A DNA stretch of 64,000 bases from an uncultured Nitrososphaerales archaeon. GTDB lineage: Archaea; Thermoproteota; Nitrososphaeria; Nitrososphaerales; Nitrososphaeraceae. Position numbers and translations under genes: made by a program. Where the stretch lies: NCBI GenBank assembly GCA_963709405.1, contig CAVPXM010000021.1, positions 224,001 through 288,000 on the forward strand. The letters run 5' to 3'. Of this stretch, positions 22,695 through 34,565 are shown piece by piece; the first letter of the stretch is position 1, and each line of letters opens with the position of its first letter. A model generated the notes under the pieces. That model was not told where the DNA came from. It saw only the letters and a program-made list of their open reading frames with translations, and did no database searches.

Positions 22695-25063
22695 TTATTT
22701 AACGTCCATTGGGCGAAGTAAATTGAGGGCCGAACCCGCACGGAACCATTTCAACTGAAATTCGTTATATGAATGCTGTAAATATATGACTTCATTCAGT
22801 CCGTTATTATGATGTAATGTACATCTAACAGGCTGTTTAGGTTTAAGATCATTTAATTCGGATATGCTTATCCTATCGTCCTCCAGTATTTTATCATAAT
22901 CTAATGAATCTCTAAATGTCAAGGCAAGTATGCCTTGTTTCTTAAGATTCGTTTCATGAATTCTGGCAAAACTTCTTGCAATTACAGCTCGCACAGCCCA
23001 GATATCTCGGAGTCATAGCGGCGTGTTCCCTACTGCTACCCTCACCGTAATTCCTGTCACCAATAATGATCCACTTTAGATCTCTATTCTTGTAATCTCT
23101 GGCAATATGCGGAAATGATTCCATCTTACCATCAAGAATATTCTTGCCAGTTCCCACATCTGTATCGTGGTAAGCATTGACCGCACCAAGAAGCAGATTA
23201 TCACTAATCTTGTCGAGATGCCCTCTATACATTAACCACATGCCAGCAGGTGAAATGTGATCGGTAGTACATTTTCCCTTTACTTTTGATAATATCGGTA
23301 ATTTTTCAAAATCCTTGCCATCCCATTTTGGAAACGGCACAAGCTTTTGCAATCGTTCACTATTCTTATTAATTATTACTTCGATATTTCCTGGTTCATC
23401 TGACGGTGGAAGGTAAACACCCTCGATATCTTTGAAACCTGATTGTGGAGTTTCTGGCGCTAATTTTGGGGGAATAAGTTTGAATTTCGTTCCATCGCTT
23501 GCACTCAGTTGGTCAGTAAGTGGATTGAAGGAAAGTCTTCCTCCTAGTGCAAGTGCTATAACGAGCTCAGGACTAGCTATAAAATTCATAGTGTTTCTCC
23601 TTCCATCATTCCGTCCTGGAAAATTCCTGTTATAAGATGTGATAATTGTGTTGGGTTCATTTTTCTTCAGTTCAGGTCGTTTCCATTGTCCTATACAGGG
23701 ACCACATGCGTTTGCAAGGACGTTTGCTCCAATTTTTTTTAGTGACTCCATCTGTCCATCTCTTTCAATAGTAGCTCTAATCATCTCAGAACCCGGAGTT
23801 ACTTGTAACGGTACCTTTGTTTTGATTCCTCTAGCACGTGCTTGCTCGGCTACATCTGCTGCACGGGACATGTCTTCATATGATGAATTTGTACAGCTCC
23901 CGATCAATGCTACTGAAATTGAGTCTAGGTAGCTATTCTTTTTTACATCCTCTGCCATCCTTGAGATAGGCCTCCCAAGATCAGGTGTATGAGGCCCTAC
24001 AACGTATGGTTCTAGGTCAGACAGGTTTATCTCAATTAACTGATCAAAATATTTTTTTGCATTTTCTCGATCCTCGACAATGTCCTCTTCTACTTGCGGA
24101 TCCTGTATTAAAAGGTCGATATGCTTATTTGCAACATTTGCAATTTCTCCTCTTCCCGTAGCCTTAAGATAGGTTTCCATCCTTTCATCATATGGAAATA
24201 TTGAACACGTAGCACCTATTTCAGCACCCATATTTGTAATCGTTGCTTTTCCAGTACAACTGATCGTTCTAGCCCCCGGTCCAAAGTATTCGATCACTGC
24301 ATTTGTTCCCCCTGAAACCGTTAATTTGGATGCAACGTAAAGTATGACATCTTTTGGAGATGCCCATTTACTCAGTTCTCCTGTCAGATACACACCTATT
24401 CGTTTTGGATATAATAACTCCCAAGACATTCCCGCCATTACTTCCGCTGCGTCTAGACCTCCTACTCCAATTGCTATCATCCCGAGGCCTCCCGCGTTTG
24501 GAGTATGAGAGTCAGTTCCTATCATTAGACCTCCAGGGAAGGCATAGTTTTCGAGGACTACTTGATGTATAATCCCCGCACCAGGCTTCCAGAACCCCAA
24601 TCCATATTTAGCTGCCTGCAGACTCTAAGAATTGATATACTTCATTATTCTCATAAATCGCCGCCTGAGTATCTGGTTCACTACCTACCCTCGCTTGAAT
24701 CAGGTGATCGCAATGAACAGTTGTTGGAACGACGGTTCGATTAAGATCAGCTTGCATGAACTGCAGGATTGTCATTTGACCCGTGACATCCTGTAAGGCA
24801 ACCCTATCAGGATTCAAGAGAACGTAACTCTTACCTGGAATCAATTTATCATCCGTGTAAGAAGATATGCTCTCATCTAGATGCCCAATCAGAATTTTTT
24901 CACAGATCGAAAGTGCACGATTTGTATTTTTTCGAAATACTGAGATATTATTATATAATTTTTCATATACCTTACTCACCAGCGACGGAGTTGTATCGAC
25001 TTGAATTTGGGGCTCGGGACTAGTAGTTGATTTCATTATCAAACGATTATCATATATCATCAA
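22695..25063 (-). CDS. acnA: aconitate hydratase, split by two single-base insertions (probable sequencing errors)
   Basis: DRVALQD.TGQM, VHCDHLI, GTDSHT, GSCTNS, NACGPCIG, TTDHISPAG, NYGEGSSREHAA, SFARIHETNLKKQG; shifts at ~24615 and ~22990. Confidence 0.93.
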
Positions 25064-25295
25064 TATTTCAAATAGGTTTTCCTATGGCCCGAATTTTGTA
25101 CTGTCACCGAGAGGGACACTATCAATAGATGAGTACATAAAGAGAGGAGAAGGGATTGATATATCGTAAGGAAAAAGTGTAAGGGAAAGGAAAAATAGTG
25201 TGGAAGGAAAATCATCTGAAGACCCGCTCTGCGCAGGTGGGAATTGGTACATAACTGTTAAAACAAGAAATAACTTAATAGTGAATACATTGGTA

Positions 25296-26189
25296 ATGAG
25301 GTCTGTGACTTCCAGTCCTTCCCAATTTGATTCTGACCAATTTAAGATAGGCCAACGTCAAAGTTGGAACAATGCAGCTGTTGGTTGGCAAGACTGGTGG
25401 AAAACCTTTGAAAATGCAGCTGCAGAGGTAAGTGACAAGTTAGTTGAGCTAGCAGGAATTAAAGCAGGACATCAAATATTGGATCTAGCGACAGGTACAG
25501 GCGAACCAGCTCTCACAGCGGCCAAAAAAATTGCTGAATCTAAAGGCCACGTTCTCGCAACAGATATTTCTCCCCAAATGCTGGCAATTGCAAAACAAAG
25601 GGCCGCGGTGCTGGGATTACAAGACAGAGTTGAATTCAGAGAAAGCGACGCAGAAATATTAGAAATATCTAGGTCATCATTCGATGCAGTACTTTGCAGA
25701 TGGGGACTGATGTACTTTCCACATCTAGATTCTACTTTAACCCGCATATTTGATGGCTTGAGGTCGGGCGGAAGATTTGCATGTGCAGTTTGGGCCTCGC
25801 CTGCAAAAGTGCCGCTAATTAGTCTTCCAATGGGCATAGTAATTCGAGAACTCAAAATTCCTGCTCCTTCTCCTGGCGTCCCCGGACCGTTTGCTCTTGC
25901 TGATATAGGAATTCTCGAGAGCTCCATGACAAAGGCAGGATTCAAAAGCATACAAACAGAACGACTTTCTGTACTCTTTAGGTTTGCCTCCGTACACGAC
26001 TATATTAGTTATACCAAAGCCACCGCTGCTCCGATCAAGATTATTTTGGATAAAGAGCCAGCAACTCGACAAGAAGAGATATGGACCCGGATATCAGATG
26101 AAGTGAGAAATAACTATGCCAATAATGACGATGGCTCCGTAAGTATGGATAACGAATGTATATGCGTAGTCGGAACAAGGAAAGAATGA
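25296..26189 (+). CDS. class I SAM-dependent methyltransferase (UbiE-like)
   Basis: LDLATGTGEPA motif I, TDISPQML, FDAVLCRWGLMY; ORF track start 25200 probably overextended. Confidence 0.88.
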   Translation: MRSVTSSPSQFDSDQFKIGQRQSWNNAAVGWQDWWKTFENAAAEVSDKLVELAGIKAGHQILDLATGTGEPALTAAKKIAESKGHVLATDISPQMLAIAKQRAAVLGLQDRVEFRESDAEILEISRSSFDAVLCRWGLMYFPHLDSTLTRIFDGLRSGGRFACAVWASPAKVPLISLPMGIVIRELKIPAPSPGVPGPFALADIGILESSMTKAGFKSIQTERLSVLFRFASVHDYISYTKATAAPIKIILDKEPATRQEEIWTRISDEVRNNYANNDDGSVSMDNECICVVGTRKE

Positions 26190-26197
26190 ATTGATGA

Positions 26198-26223
26198 ATT
26201 AATTAATTAATTAATTAATTATT
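26198..26223. repeat. (AATT)n microsatellite just after the methyltransferase stop
   Basis: aattaattaattaattaattaatt. Confidence 0.6.
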
Positions 26224-26522
26224 GAATGAATAAACAGTGGAAATAGGTTTATTTGACTAAATTCTGAATATGCTCTCATATTCTATAAATGATAATATAG
26301 TGAATCGATAACAACAATTAGAGTAATAGAATGACTAGGTTATTCTCAGTTTTGTATAACTTTCGATGGATTATGGGTAACCCACTGTTGTTAAGGCACA
26401 GAAATAGTATGATTGGTTTACTGAGGTATGTGGTATAGATTGGATTAAGCGGTGATCTCCTCTTAATTAAAATTATCTTTTTATAGATATTGTTGTCTTA
26501 GTGTCAACTTTTTATACCTTTT

Positions 26523-26897
26523 CTATTTATTGAATCTCTCTGATATTTGGATTGAACGCCTCTCCAATACTGTCTTTAAGCTAAAAAAAATCAGCATTCC
26601 CTGTAGCACATAACCGCCGACGATTAGTATAACCGCATTTATTGGCTTTTCAAATGTCGTCATAAGATGTACATGTGGTGGCGCAAGACTGTTACCTATA
26701 ATTACCAGCAATCCCACTGGTATACATACATATATTGCTTTACCGAACCCTTTCCAAACTAAAAAAGTTAGAGTGATAAACAATAGCTCCAGTGCAATAG
26801 ATCCATAGATCAATTTGGGATTCCCAAATGGAATTGCAACCAAGCCTATCATTGAAATGCATAGGAGAGTAATGATTGTTGCCTGATGGTAATTCAT
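26523..26897 (-). CDS. small integral membrane protein (about 4 TM)
   Basis: Four hydrophobic segments; probable start MNYHQ. Confidence 0.7.
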   Translation of the reverse strand: MNYHQATIITLLCISMIGLVAIPFGNPKLIYGSIALELLFITLTFLVWKGFGKAIYVCIPVGLLVIIGNSLAPPHVHLMTTFEKPINAVILIVGGYVLQGMLIFFSLKTVLERRSIQISERFNK

Positions 26898-27517
26898 ATC
26901 GTAGGCTAAAATTAGTAAATCAAGAAATAAAACGTTTTCTTCTGATAACGCGGCGTTCAAAAGTTCATTTTTAGTAAAAATAAAATAAAGGCTGTATTTG
27001 CATTTGCATTAAAAACTAAAAGATTGCAGACGGTAATCTTATCTAGCAAAAATTGCTTTAAACTCAGACTATTTAATGAATAAGACTTGTGGGATTACTA
27101 CCTTAAACTCCAATCCAAATCACCAATCAAATTAGTATTCAAGTAAACTTTGTATAATTGTCCTAAGTCAAAGTGGATCATGCTTAGCTTGGAGTTGATT
27201 AGTAGGCCATTAGTAAAACAGAATGACATACCGTATACAAAAATTGTGGATGTAAAAAGTATACTTTATGCAAATATTCTTGCTTTGTTGCGTTATTTGT
27301 AGAGTAATTTTCTTATTTATATATCCGGAGATCCTATGTATCCTACTACTTTATATCTTAGACTAAATGCATCAGAAACTTTCAGTATCTGAAAAATTCG
27401 GTATCTTAGCTTATCATTATCACTGTATTAGATTTTTCGCCTCTTGATTCAACTTGATCGATTTCTCTCTGGATTCGAGATGGCTAAACTTATTTATTAC
27501 TCTCTATAATATCAAAC

Positions 27518-27694
27518 ATGCCAATAATTACTATTGCTTTATTTTCGGGTAGGACACAGAGGGAAAAAGATAGATTAGCTGAAGCAGTTACAAATGATGT
27601 AGTAAATGTCTTAAAAGTGGAAAGAAAAGATGTCATAATAGTATTTCAAGAGGAGCCCTCTGGAAATTGGTATGCTTCAGGGATTCGTGTTTAG
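27518..27694 (+). CDS. 4-oxalocrotonate tautomerase family protein (58 aa, missed by ORF track)
   Basis: MPIITIALFSGRTQREKDRLAEAVTNDVV...VIIVFQE....NWYASG; catalytic Pro1 and Arg11 present; TTATTTA box upstream. Confidence 0.88.
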   Translation: MPIITIALFSGRTQREKDRLAEAVTNDVVNVLKVERKDVIIVFQEEPSGNWYASGIRV

Positions 27695-28060
27695 AAAAAA
27701 AATAATGAGATATCGAAGAAAGTATTATGATATGACTTGTGGAAATAGCAAATTTAACTCGCGATATCAACGCTCTGAGAATGATATACCAGATCCACGA
27801 AAGTAATTAATGTGGAACTAAATAAGTAAAGGTTTCAAGTGCAATAATTGCGATTGAAACTTAAGATCTACTAAAACAATTTCAAGGATCATAGATTACC
27901 TTCGAATAGGAATCTTACACTTATGTACTACGTGGGTTGAAAATTGCCAGAGGACTGGACTTTTATTCAGTCAGATGCAATAAATTGACAATTCAGAATA
28001 AAGATGAGACGATAATTAGTATTCACTTGAACAAAGAAAAAGTTGGTTTGAGAATAACTT

Positions 28061-28204
28061 CTAGGTTAAAGCGTCCCTTACTTTTACCTTGGCTTTATTA
28101 AGCGTCTCAGAACTAGGCTTTCCTTCGGCGTGATCTTTTTCAGTTTGAAATTTTGCTTCTGCATCTTGCTCCACATTTTTTACCTTCTTTGCAATATCTG
28201 TCAT
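28061..28204 (-). CDS. small hydrophilic protein (47 aa)
   Basis: MTDIAKKVKNVEQDAEAKFQTEKDHAEGKPSSETLNKAKVKVRDALT; TATTAAA box ~25-30 nt upstream. Confidence 0.6.
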   Translation of the reverse strand: MTDIAKKVKNVEQDAEAKFQTEKDHAEGKPSSETLNKAKVKVRDALT

Positions 28205-28410
28205 ACTAACTACTCTATGGTATACATAGTTTAATACCATTTCATTAAACTAAATCTATCAATTCTCCAATGCGATATTTCTCATAAGGTTACAATCAAC
28301 CAGGGATTGGCTATGATAATGAAGTAAATTTCTGGAAAAGGCGTTTATAACATGCAATTGTTGGTAGTAATAAATTAAAAAAGGAGTTTTATTGACAATA
28401 TATAATTAGT

Positions 28411-28497
28411 GTGTTTGAATTCGATACGCCTATGATCTGTATTATTCTTGGAGCAATTATATTAGCATTGGTGTTTCATTTTAAAAAAGTGAAATGA
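28411..28497 (+). CDS. putative 28-aa single-TM peptide
   Basis: GTG start; MFEFDTPMICIILGAIILALVFHFKKVK; AT-rich promoter-like upstream. Confidence 0.35.
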   Translation: MFEFDTPMICIILGAIILALVFHFKKVK

Positions 28498-28976
28498 TCT
28501 CTGCAAAACAGTTTATGTGACAAAAATATAGGCAGAAACCATCAAACGTAGTAGGTACATCGCCTCTATAGAATAGAAGTGATGTTACTACATATTAGTG
28601 ATAACGTAGCGATTGCAGCAGTAGATGTTCTATCTAATATCTTGTCCCAAATACAGTAATTTCAGGTCGTCAACTGAGCTGGCAATTGCTAAATTATTAT
28701 TCTAGGTGTTCGAAAATGATAGTATTAGGGATGATTAATCATAGGTATTCGAAATTGCACGGGATTATGACAAATAAATGGATTTATATGACGAAAAAGT
28801 GATTTAGATTTAGATTTTATTAACTTATCCATACCATAAGTATTAATTTTCCAATAAGTTCAAACCGCCCTTTAAAGATATTTCTGTCAGAAACGCACCA
28901 CTACAACTTGGGGTAACCGAAAAAGCATATTGATTAAAGAAATCTATAACATGTGACACATCGTATTCTCGTTGAT

Positions 28977-29114
28977 TTATCCACCACCTGCCCCCATTCC
29001 TCCACCCGTGGATTCGACCTCTTGCTCTTGCAACTCCTTGTCTAGTTTTGATCTTACTTTAGTGATTGGTTTAAGAATCTCTTTCGTAATATTTTTCTCC
29101 TCTTGATCTTCCAT
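28977..29114 (-). CDS. small protein (45 aa) with Gly-rich tail
   Basis: MEDQEEKNITKEILKPITKVRSKLDKELQEQEVESTGGGMGAGGG; CATATAAA box upstream. Confidence 0.55.
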   Translation of the reverse strand: MEDQEEKNITKEILKPITKVRSKLDKELQEQEVESTGGGMGAGGG

Positions 29115-29556
29115 GTTTATAATAGGATCACATTTTATATGAAGATCGTTTTTACTGAATTTTATTATTCGTTGATAAAAACTGTAAGGGTTATACTATT
29201 TGCGGTAGTTTCTTGAGTTTTGTCTAACTCCGTACCATTGCGCATGTAGATAAACTCATATAAAATAATTGGAAAATTCTTGTTGATCTAAAAGTAAACT
29301 TACAAACTCTAATTCCACTTCTAGAGACGATAGCCTATGCTCCGGCGGTGATAAATAAATAATGAATAGTTCGTGATATTAGACATAACAAGTAAGGTAT
29401 CCTAAGATCTGGATGCATTGATGTCGTTACCATAAAAGGAATTCAATTGGCAACTTTCACAAAATGCAGCGATCGAATTTTAACTGTGACTATTAGCGAC
29501 AACTGTACAAGCTAAAAATACTTTTATCGTATGTATTTTAATAGATCTAGTAGATC

Positions 29557-29847
29557 ATGCCTGACACAAAATCAAAAACAAGTTCTGGTAAACGAACAGG
29601 TAGCAAAGGCATAGATAAACGATTATCTCCTAGAACAAAAAAACAAATTGATTCATTACCTAAACACGCGCAGCACATTTATGAAAAAGTACACGCCAAT
29701 GCTATAGAACAATATCAAAAACCTGAGAAGAGACGTGGAGGTGAAACACAAAGTGCAGAAGAGGTAGCTCACAAAGCAGCTTGGGTAGCAGTCAAAAAGA
29801 AGTATCTGAAAAATGGAAATAAATGGGTAAAGAAAGAAGCAACTTAA
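29557..29847 (+). CDS. ChaB family protein
   Basis: LPKHAQHIY....NA..QY...E..AHKAAW.AVKK.Y.K.G.KW. Confidence 0.85.
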   Translation: MPDTKSKTSSGKRTGSKGIDKRLSPRTKKQIDSLPKHAQHIYEKVHANAIEQYQKPEKRRGGETQSAEEVAHKAAWVAVKKKYLKNGNKWVKKEAT

Positions 29848-30757
29848 ATAGTCTTTTCTAAAATCGAAGCCTCAGAAATAAATAGTAATGATGTCCTAAG
29901 TATAAAGTCAGTTTGCTTCGGAGTCCACAAACAGGAGTGGGATAGTAGTTTTATACATATCGCTCAGTCATCTACTAGATCTTTTAACTGCACAATAATA
30001 AAAATATACCAGCATTATAATAACAATAAAGTACCAATATTGTATAACAAACTTTCAAACAAAATCTGTGTGAGGTATGGCTGAGGCACCAAGATTCTTT
30101 GTTGTCAAGTCCAAGGCATCTATTAGCAATCCTTTCTTAGGATCGTTATCTAAATGTAGGCAACATCTATAAAAACATACGAAATCCTCTACCAGGATGG
30201 CTGATAAAACGCTTGCAACTCCTAAAGATGCGGATTTCCTCCTTTCGCACATACCAAGTATGTTAATACTAATGTCGGCAAAGAAAGAACTAGAACCAAC
30301 CTAGAATAAATATTACTATTTGAGGAAATATGTGATAAGAAAAGTCCACCCATTGTATAAGTGGCCATGCGATGCGTACCGGATTTTACTGAGATTGGCA
30401 CTCTTTCCCTGTACAGGATCGTTTAATAATAATATTCTAGAAAGCCATAGTTAATTGCAAAAATTATGACTAAACTGGACGCTACTAGAAAAGATATACG
30501 TGTCCACTTTAGCAAGTCTGAATCTGCAGCAGAATCTTTTTCTGTCCAGCTCTTTTCCCTCAGGCATTTTTGCATAAGTAGATATTTAATATCTAGCATT
30601 AAGGTCAGTTCCAACTTCTTCATACTCCACTTCGCTATTGTCATTCCGATATTAGATTGTCAGTACGGTATATTACCGTACTAAGCTCCCCTCCCTCTCT
30701 TATAAGAGCGTGGCTGGTTATTAACTTGTCAGACTCAATATAATTTTGAAGAGGTAA

Positions 30758-31189
30758 TTGAGGGTTGACAAAATGATTAGTAGTTTGTTGGAAGAAGGAA
30801 AACGAGTAATGATAGTAGATGATGATAATGACTGTATGTTCACGATCAAGATTGTTTTAGAGCGATATGGATTTAAAGTATATTCCTTTAATAATGCATA
30901 TTCAGCACTAGAGTCTTATCGAGCTAGCTATTATGATCTTGTGATACTTGACGTAATATTGCCAGGGATGAACGGCTTTCAATTATATAGAGAAATTAAA
31001 AAAATGGATAAAAACGTAAAGGTATGTTTTCTTTCGGCTGGTCAAATTTTCTATGGCACATATCAAGATATATTTTCTGAAATCGATGCAAGCTATTTCA
31101 TTCGGAAACCCATAGAAAATCAGAAGTTGGTACGAAGAGTAGAAGAGATAATTCAGATGGATTCTACCCAACTTGCACTCTCAGAATGA
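30758..31189 (+). CDS. stand-alone response regulator receiver
   Basis: IVDDD, LDVILPGMNG, FLSA, RKP. Confidence 0.88.
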   Translation: MRVDKMISSLLEEGKRVMIVDDDNDCMFTIKIVLERYGFKVYSFNNAYSALESYRASYYDLVILDVILPGMNGFQLYREIKKMDKNVKVCFLSAGQIFYGTYQDIFSEIDASYFIRKPIENQKLVRRVEEIIQMDSTQLALSE

Positions 31190-31489
31190 TTCAATGTTCA
31201 CATTTAAATGATCTGTGATCGGGACTGGGATATGATTAGAGTTTTCAAGCTATTTTCGAGTAGACTAAATTCTTAGATTTGTTTGTTTGATTTATTTTTA
31301 ATTGCGTGTTACTTCTTCCAGTGATTATGCCCAATCATATAGGTACATTAAGACAAGATGCTATAAAATGAACCTCTTTCGAGCTCAGTACGACACATTT
31401 CTCTCTGATAAACCTGATCTTGCCATATCTGTTGTCGCAGATAAGGAGTTTGATAGTAATTATATTAAGTGAATGCCATCCAGCTAGTA

Positions 31490-31670
31490 CCTTCCTATAT
31501 CATACCACTAGACGTCCGATGGTATTATTTGGTTTTTCTGAGGGAGGTATCAACCTTATTCCATCCCATAAATCATCAATGATTCTCTTGACAGGTGAAA
31601 GGCATTTGACTCTATTGTAAGCCACACTTATGCGCAGGACAGTCTCAAGCTATATTTCTATCTATTTTTG
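31490..31670 (-). pseudogene. IS5-family transposase N-terminal remnant
   Basis: Minus strand DDLWDGIRLIPPSEKPNNTIGR; homologous to 54345-54600. Confidence 0.65.
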
Positions 31671-31816
31671 GGATGAGTTCTAATAAGATACATGAAATCG
31701 CTGTTGTAATGTTCCCAGAATCGTTATCGGCCTCGACAATTCCAGCATACATCATCTTCCCCCTCTCCCCTATAGGTTTTCAGATTTAACTAGCAGTAGT
31801 ACTCACTTCTATTACA

Positions 31817-32776
31817 TTGAATTTGTGGTATGATCTGAATAAAGCACCTGAATTTGAAATGAAAGAAAGCAAGATGATTCTTCATCCATTTACTGTAAGA
31901 GAATATGAAGGGCTCACTATAAATCCATATCAAGGCTGCCAGCACAGATGTGGTTATTGCTATGCTACTTATCAATGGTCTCCTGAATTTTATGATAAAG
32001 TGTATGCAAAGAGTAATTCTCCGCAAATATTAGAGAAGCAGATAAGATCATGGAAATTCAAAAAACAAATACGTCCTGTAATAATATCTTCTGCAACAGA
32101 CGCTTATCAAGCGGCAGAACTCAAGTTTGAACTGACAAGAAAATGTATTGAGGTTTTGCAGAATCATAATTTTCCTTACTATGTATTTACAAAGTCGACT
32201 ATCATAAAAAGAGATCTGGAATTACATAAACAATATAAAGATAATTGCGTCATAGTGTGGTCTATAACAACATGTGATGAAAATATAAGAAGGCATATTG
32301 AACCAGGCACACCTCCTGCATCAGCAATGTTTGAAGTAATAAGTAAGTTTACTGATGCTGGGATACGCTGTTGTATAAACATCGATCCCATTATACCACT
32401 TATTACTGATTCTTCAGACGATATTGAATCTATAATTGACAATAGTCGAAAGGCCAATGTCAAGTACGTTTTTGGCGCAATCTTAAGATTAAGAAGAGAC
32501 ATATGGGAAAGAATGAAAACTATCCTTAAGTTACTTGACATAAAAAATGGAACTAAAGAGTACAACAGGATTTTCCAGTTTACCGAACCAATTATTTCCA
32601 GTCACAATATTGCAGCAAATTATTCATATACCAATTTGATACTTGGAAAGATAAGGAAATTGGTATTAAAAGGAAATATGAATTTTGAGTTCCCTAAACT
32701 AATTGTGACAAGTAATATGGAAACAAGTAAGATGTCCAATAACGATGATCAACTTTCAATGATAGACTATATGTAA
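31817..32776 (+). CDS. SplB-like radical SAM protein (putative DNA repair)
   Basis: NPYQGCQHRCGYCYA, SSATDAYQ..E....LTR, TKS..I.RD, IEPGTPP; ends QLSMIDYM. Confidence 0.87.
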   Translation: MNLWYDLNKAPEFEMKESKMILHPFTVREYEGLTINPYQGCQHRCGYCYATYQWSPEFYDKVYAKSNSPQILEKQIRSWKFKKQIRPVIISSATDAYQAAELKFELTRKCIEVLQNHNFPYYVFTKSTIIKRDLELHKQYKDNCVIVWSITTCDENIRRHIEPGTPPASAMFEVISKFTDAGIRCCINIDPIIPLITDSSDDIESIIDNSRKANVKYVFGAILRLRRDIWERMKTILKLLDIKNGTKEYNRIFQFTEPIISSHNIAANYSYTNLILGKIRKLVLKGNMNFEFPKLIVTSNMETSKMSNNDDQLSMIDYM

Positions 32777-32989
32777 AAGTTTTTCAAAGGATTTAAAATG
32801 ATAAGTTCGATTTTCCTTGTTGTAAGAATATAGTATTCTTAACGAATTCATTTTTTATTCTTTGTATAAAACCTGATTCTATAACAAATGGAAAATAGAG
32901 TTGTTATGTTCTATAAGGTGGGATGTTTTATAAATAGATAGCAAGTAAAGACGCACAATTGAATTCGGGTTGAGATCGTAACAAGTAGA

Positions 32990-33281
32990 AAAGTAATGAG
33001 TTCAGTTCTGGGAGGTTTGGCTATTTAAGGAAGGCTTGTCATCATAAGTCCTTCTCAAGAAATCATTGAAGTACCCCCAAACCTATTCATAGCAGGACAT
33101 AGATCGATCGTTGGTTGGCCCAGTGGCACGTCAATTGATTCACAAGATACATTGTCATTCAATGTACTTTCTCGAGTAAGGTCAATGAACCAGGTCCTCC
33201 TCTTGAGCATGCCGCAGAAGTATATGAGGTAATGATGAGTGGTAAAGCTCGATTTCGAGCTATACTTACAACTGGTCATTA
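32990..33281 (+). pseudogene. C-terminal fragment of a Zn-dependent alcohol dehydrogenase
   Basis: GWPSGTSIDSQDTLSF...MMSGKARFR; paralogous to 55720-56006; internal stop and frameshift. Confidence 0.75.
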
Positions 33282-34140
33282 GGGTTACCAAGAATGCGAT
33301 TTTCTTACATCACTTGACGGCGACAGCTGATGAAGCACGTTAAGTATTAATACATGAGAGGCTTGAATAGTCGGTGAATAACTGCGTTTTATGCTAGCTG
33401 GAATACCATGGGAATATTTAATCCCAATCTAACCTTCTGGACGATCTTTAGGTCATACGTAATATTCATGCACTCAGCTGCTGGTCGTTAAGATGAACAG
33501 TAGAAAAACTCCTGTCATGAACATCTGGTAGTGAGGTATTGACTACCTTCTTATATGTTACACTCACACTTCACTCGCATTACACTCACATTAACCTCAT
33601 TTACTTCCAAGGCTCTTATTTGTAATTACATGCCTACTAAATTATTTCCTAAGGCAATATACTCTTAATTCTAAATCCATAATTACTTTTCCATCCAGAG
33701 TCTTTTGTATTATTTTATCATGAAGTCCATGATAAATAATATCTTGATTACAGATTGCAACCTTGTACAGAATGCAATTTCCGACTTATCAGAGAAAAAG
33801 TTTCGTTACCTGCCTTGCGAATAGAAGATGCAAAACACACTTCATTTGAAAGAGTTTGGCATTTTCAACGATTTTTCTAAACTACCTGAAGTTTTTTTTC
33901 CCTAATCCTTCTTTGATTATCCCTCGGTATATCGTCAGCGACAAATTTAATTATTTTTTTTAGCTGCTCATGCCTTCTATTTCTTCAATTTTCTTAATGG
34001 TGAGGGATAAGATTAATCATACATTCTTGGAACACTGTATCTTCATTTGGGTCAGGATTTTATGGATAACTTCATTCAATCATGCAGGTTTCGTGAAAGT
34101 TGTATCCGGGTATTTTATAGAAATTGAATCATGTTCTAAG

Positions 34141-34446
34141 CTAGCTCCAAGACCAGAAAGGCATCCCTCGTATACTACATTGTTTTCTAATGATAGCTCT
34201 GGCTTTTTCGGCTGCTTCTGCCTCATCTCGCGAACTCTTGATATATTGAATTAGTAATTCTTCATACAATTTTTTTGCACGCTCCTCAGTAAATTCTTTA
34301 TATTTTTTTATTCCATGTGTTTTATCATCATCTCTATGATTAATAAAATCTGAAGTATCAGAGAGACCCTTCATTTCATTGTACTCCTTTTTACATTCAT
34401 CACACTCATCATCAAAAAAGTCCGAATGGATAGTACACTTTGTCAT
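34141..34446 (-). CDS. hypothetical protein with C.IH...C..C motif
   Basis: 101-aa ORF, ATG start with TTTATA upstream. Confidence 0.65.
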   Translation of the reverse strand: MTKCTIHSDFFDDECDECKKEYNEMKGLSDTSDFINHRDDDKTHGIKKYKEFTEERAKKLYEELLIQYIKSSRDEAEAAEKARAIIRKQCSIRGMPFWSWS

Positions 34447-34565
34447 TGTATAGCATGATGAAAATTGATTCTTTGTATAAATTTGATTGGAAAATAATCT
34501 TATGTTGTAGTTTAACTATTTTTGGCTTTACGTAAGAGGTAAAGTTAACTTGACATTTTACTAGT

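Noticed and set aside
22695-25063. Aconitase as a true pseudogene or programmed-frameshift gene
   Set aside because: All catalytic motifs are intact, there are no slippery tracts, and both extra bases sit beside AGCT like other indels in the window; sequencing error is the simpler explanation
31420-31620. Plus-strand ORF pair 31420-31620 and 54336-54677 sharing RPMVLFGFS as a novel protein family
   Set aside because: The similarity is explained by IS5 transposase remnants on the minus strand
33558-33600. CACTCAC-rich short repeats (also 16800-16820)
   Set aside because: Low-complexity sequence without regular spacing; not CRISPR-like
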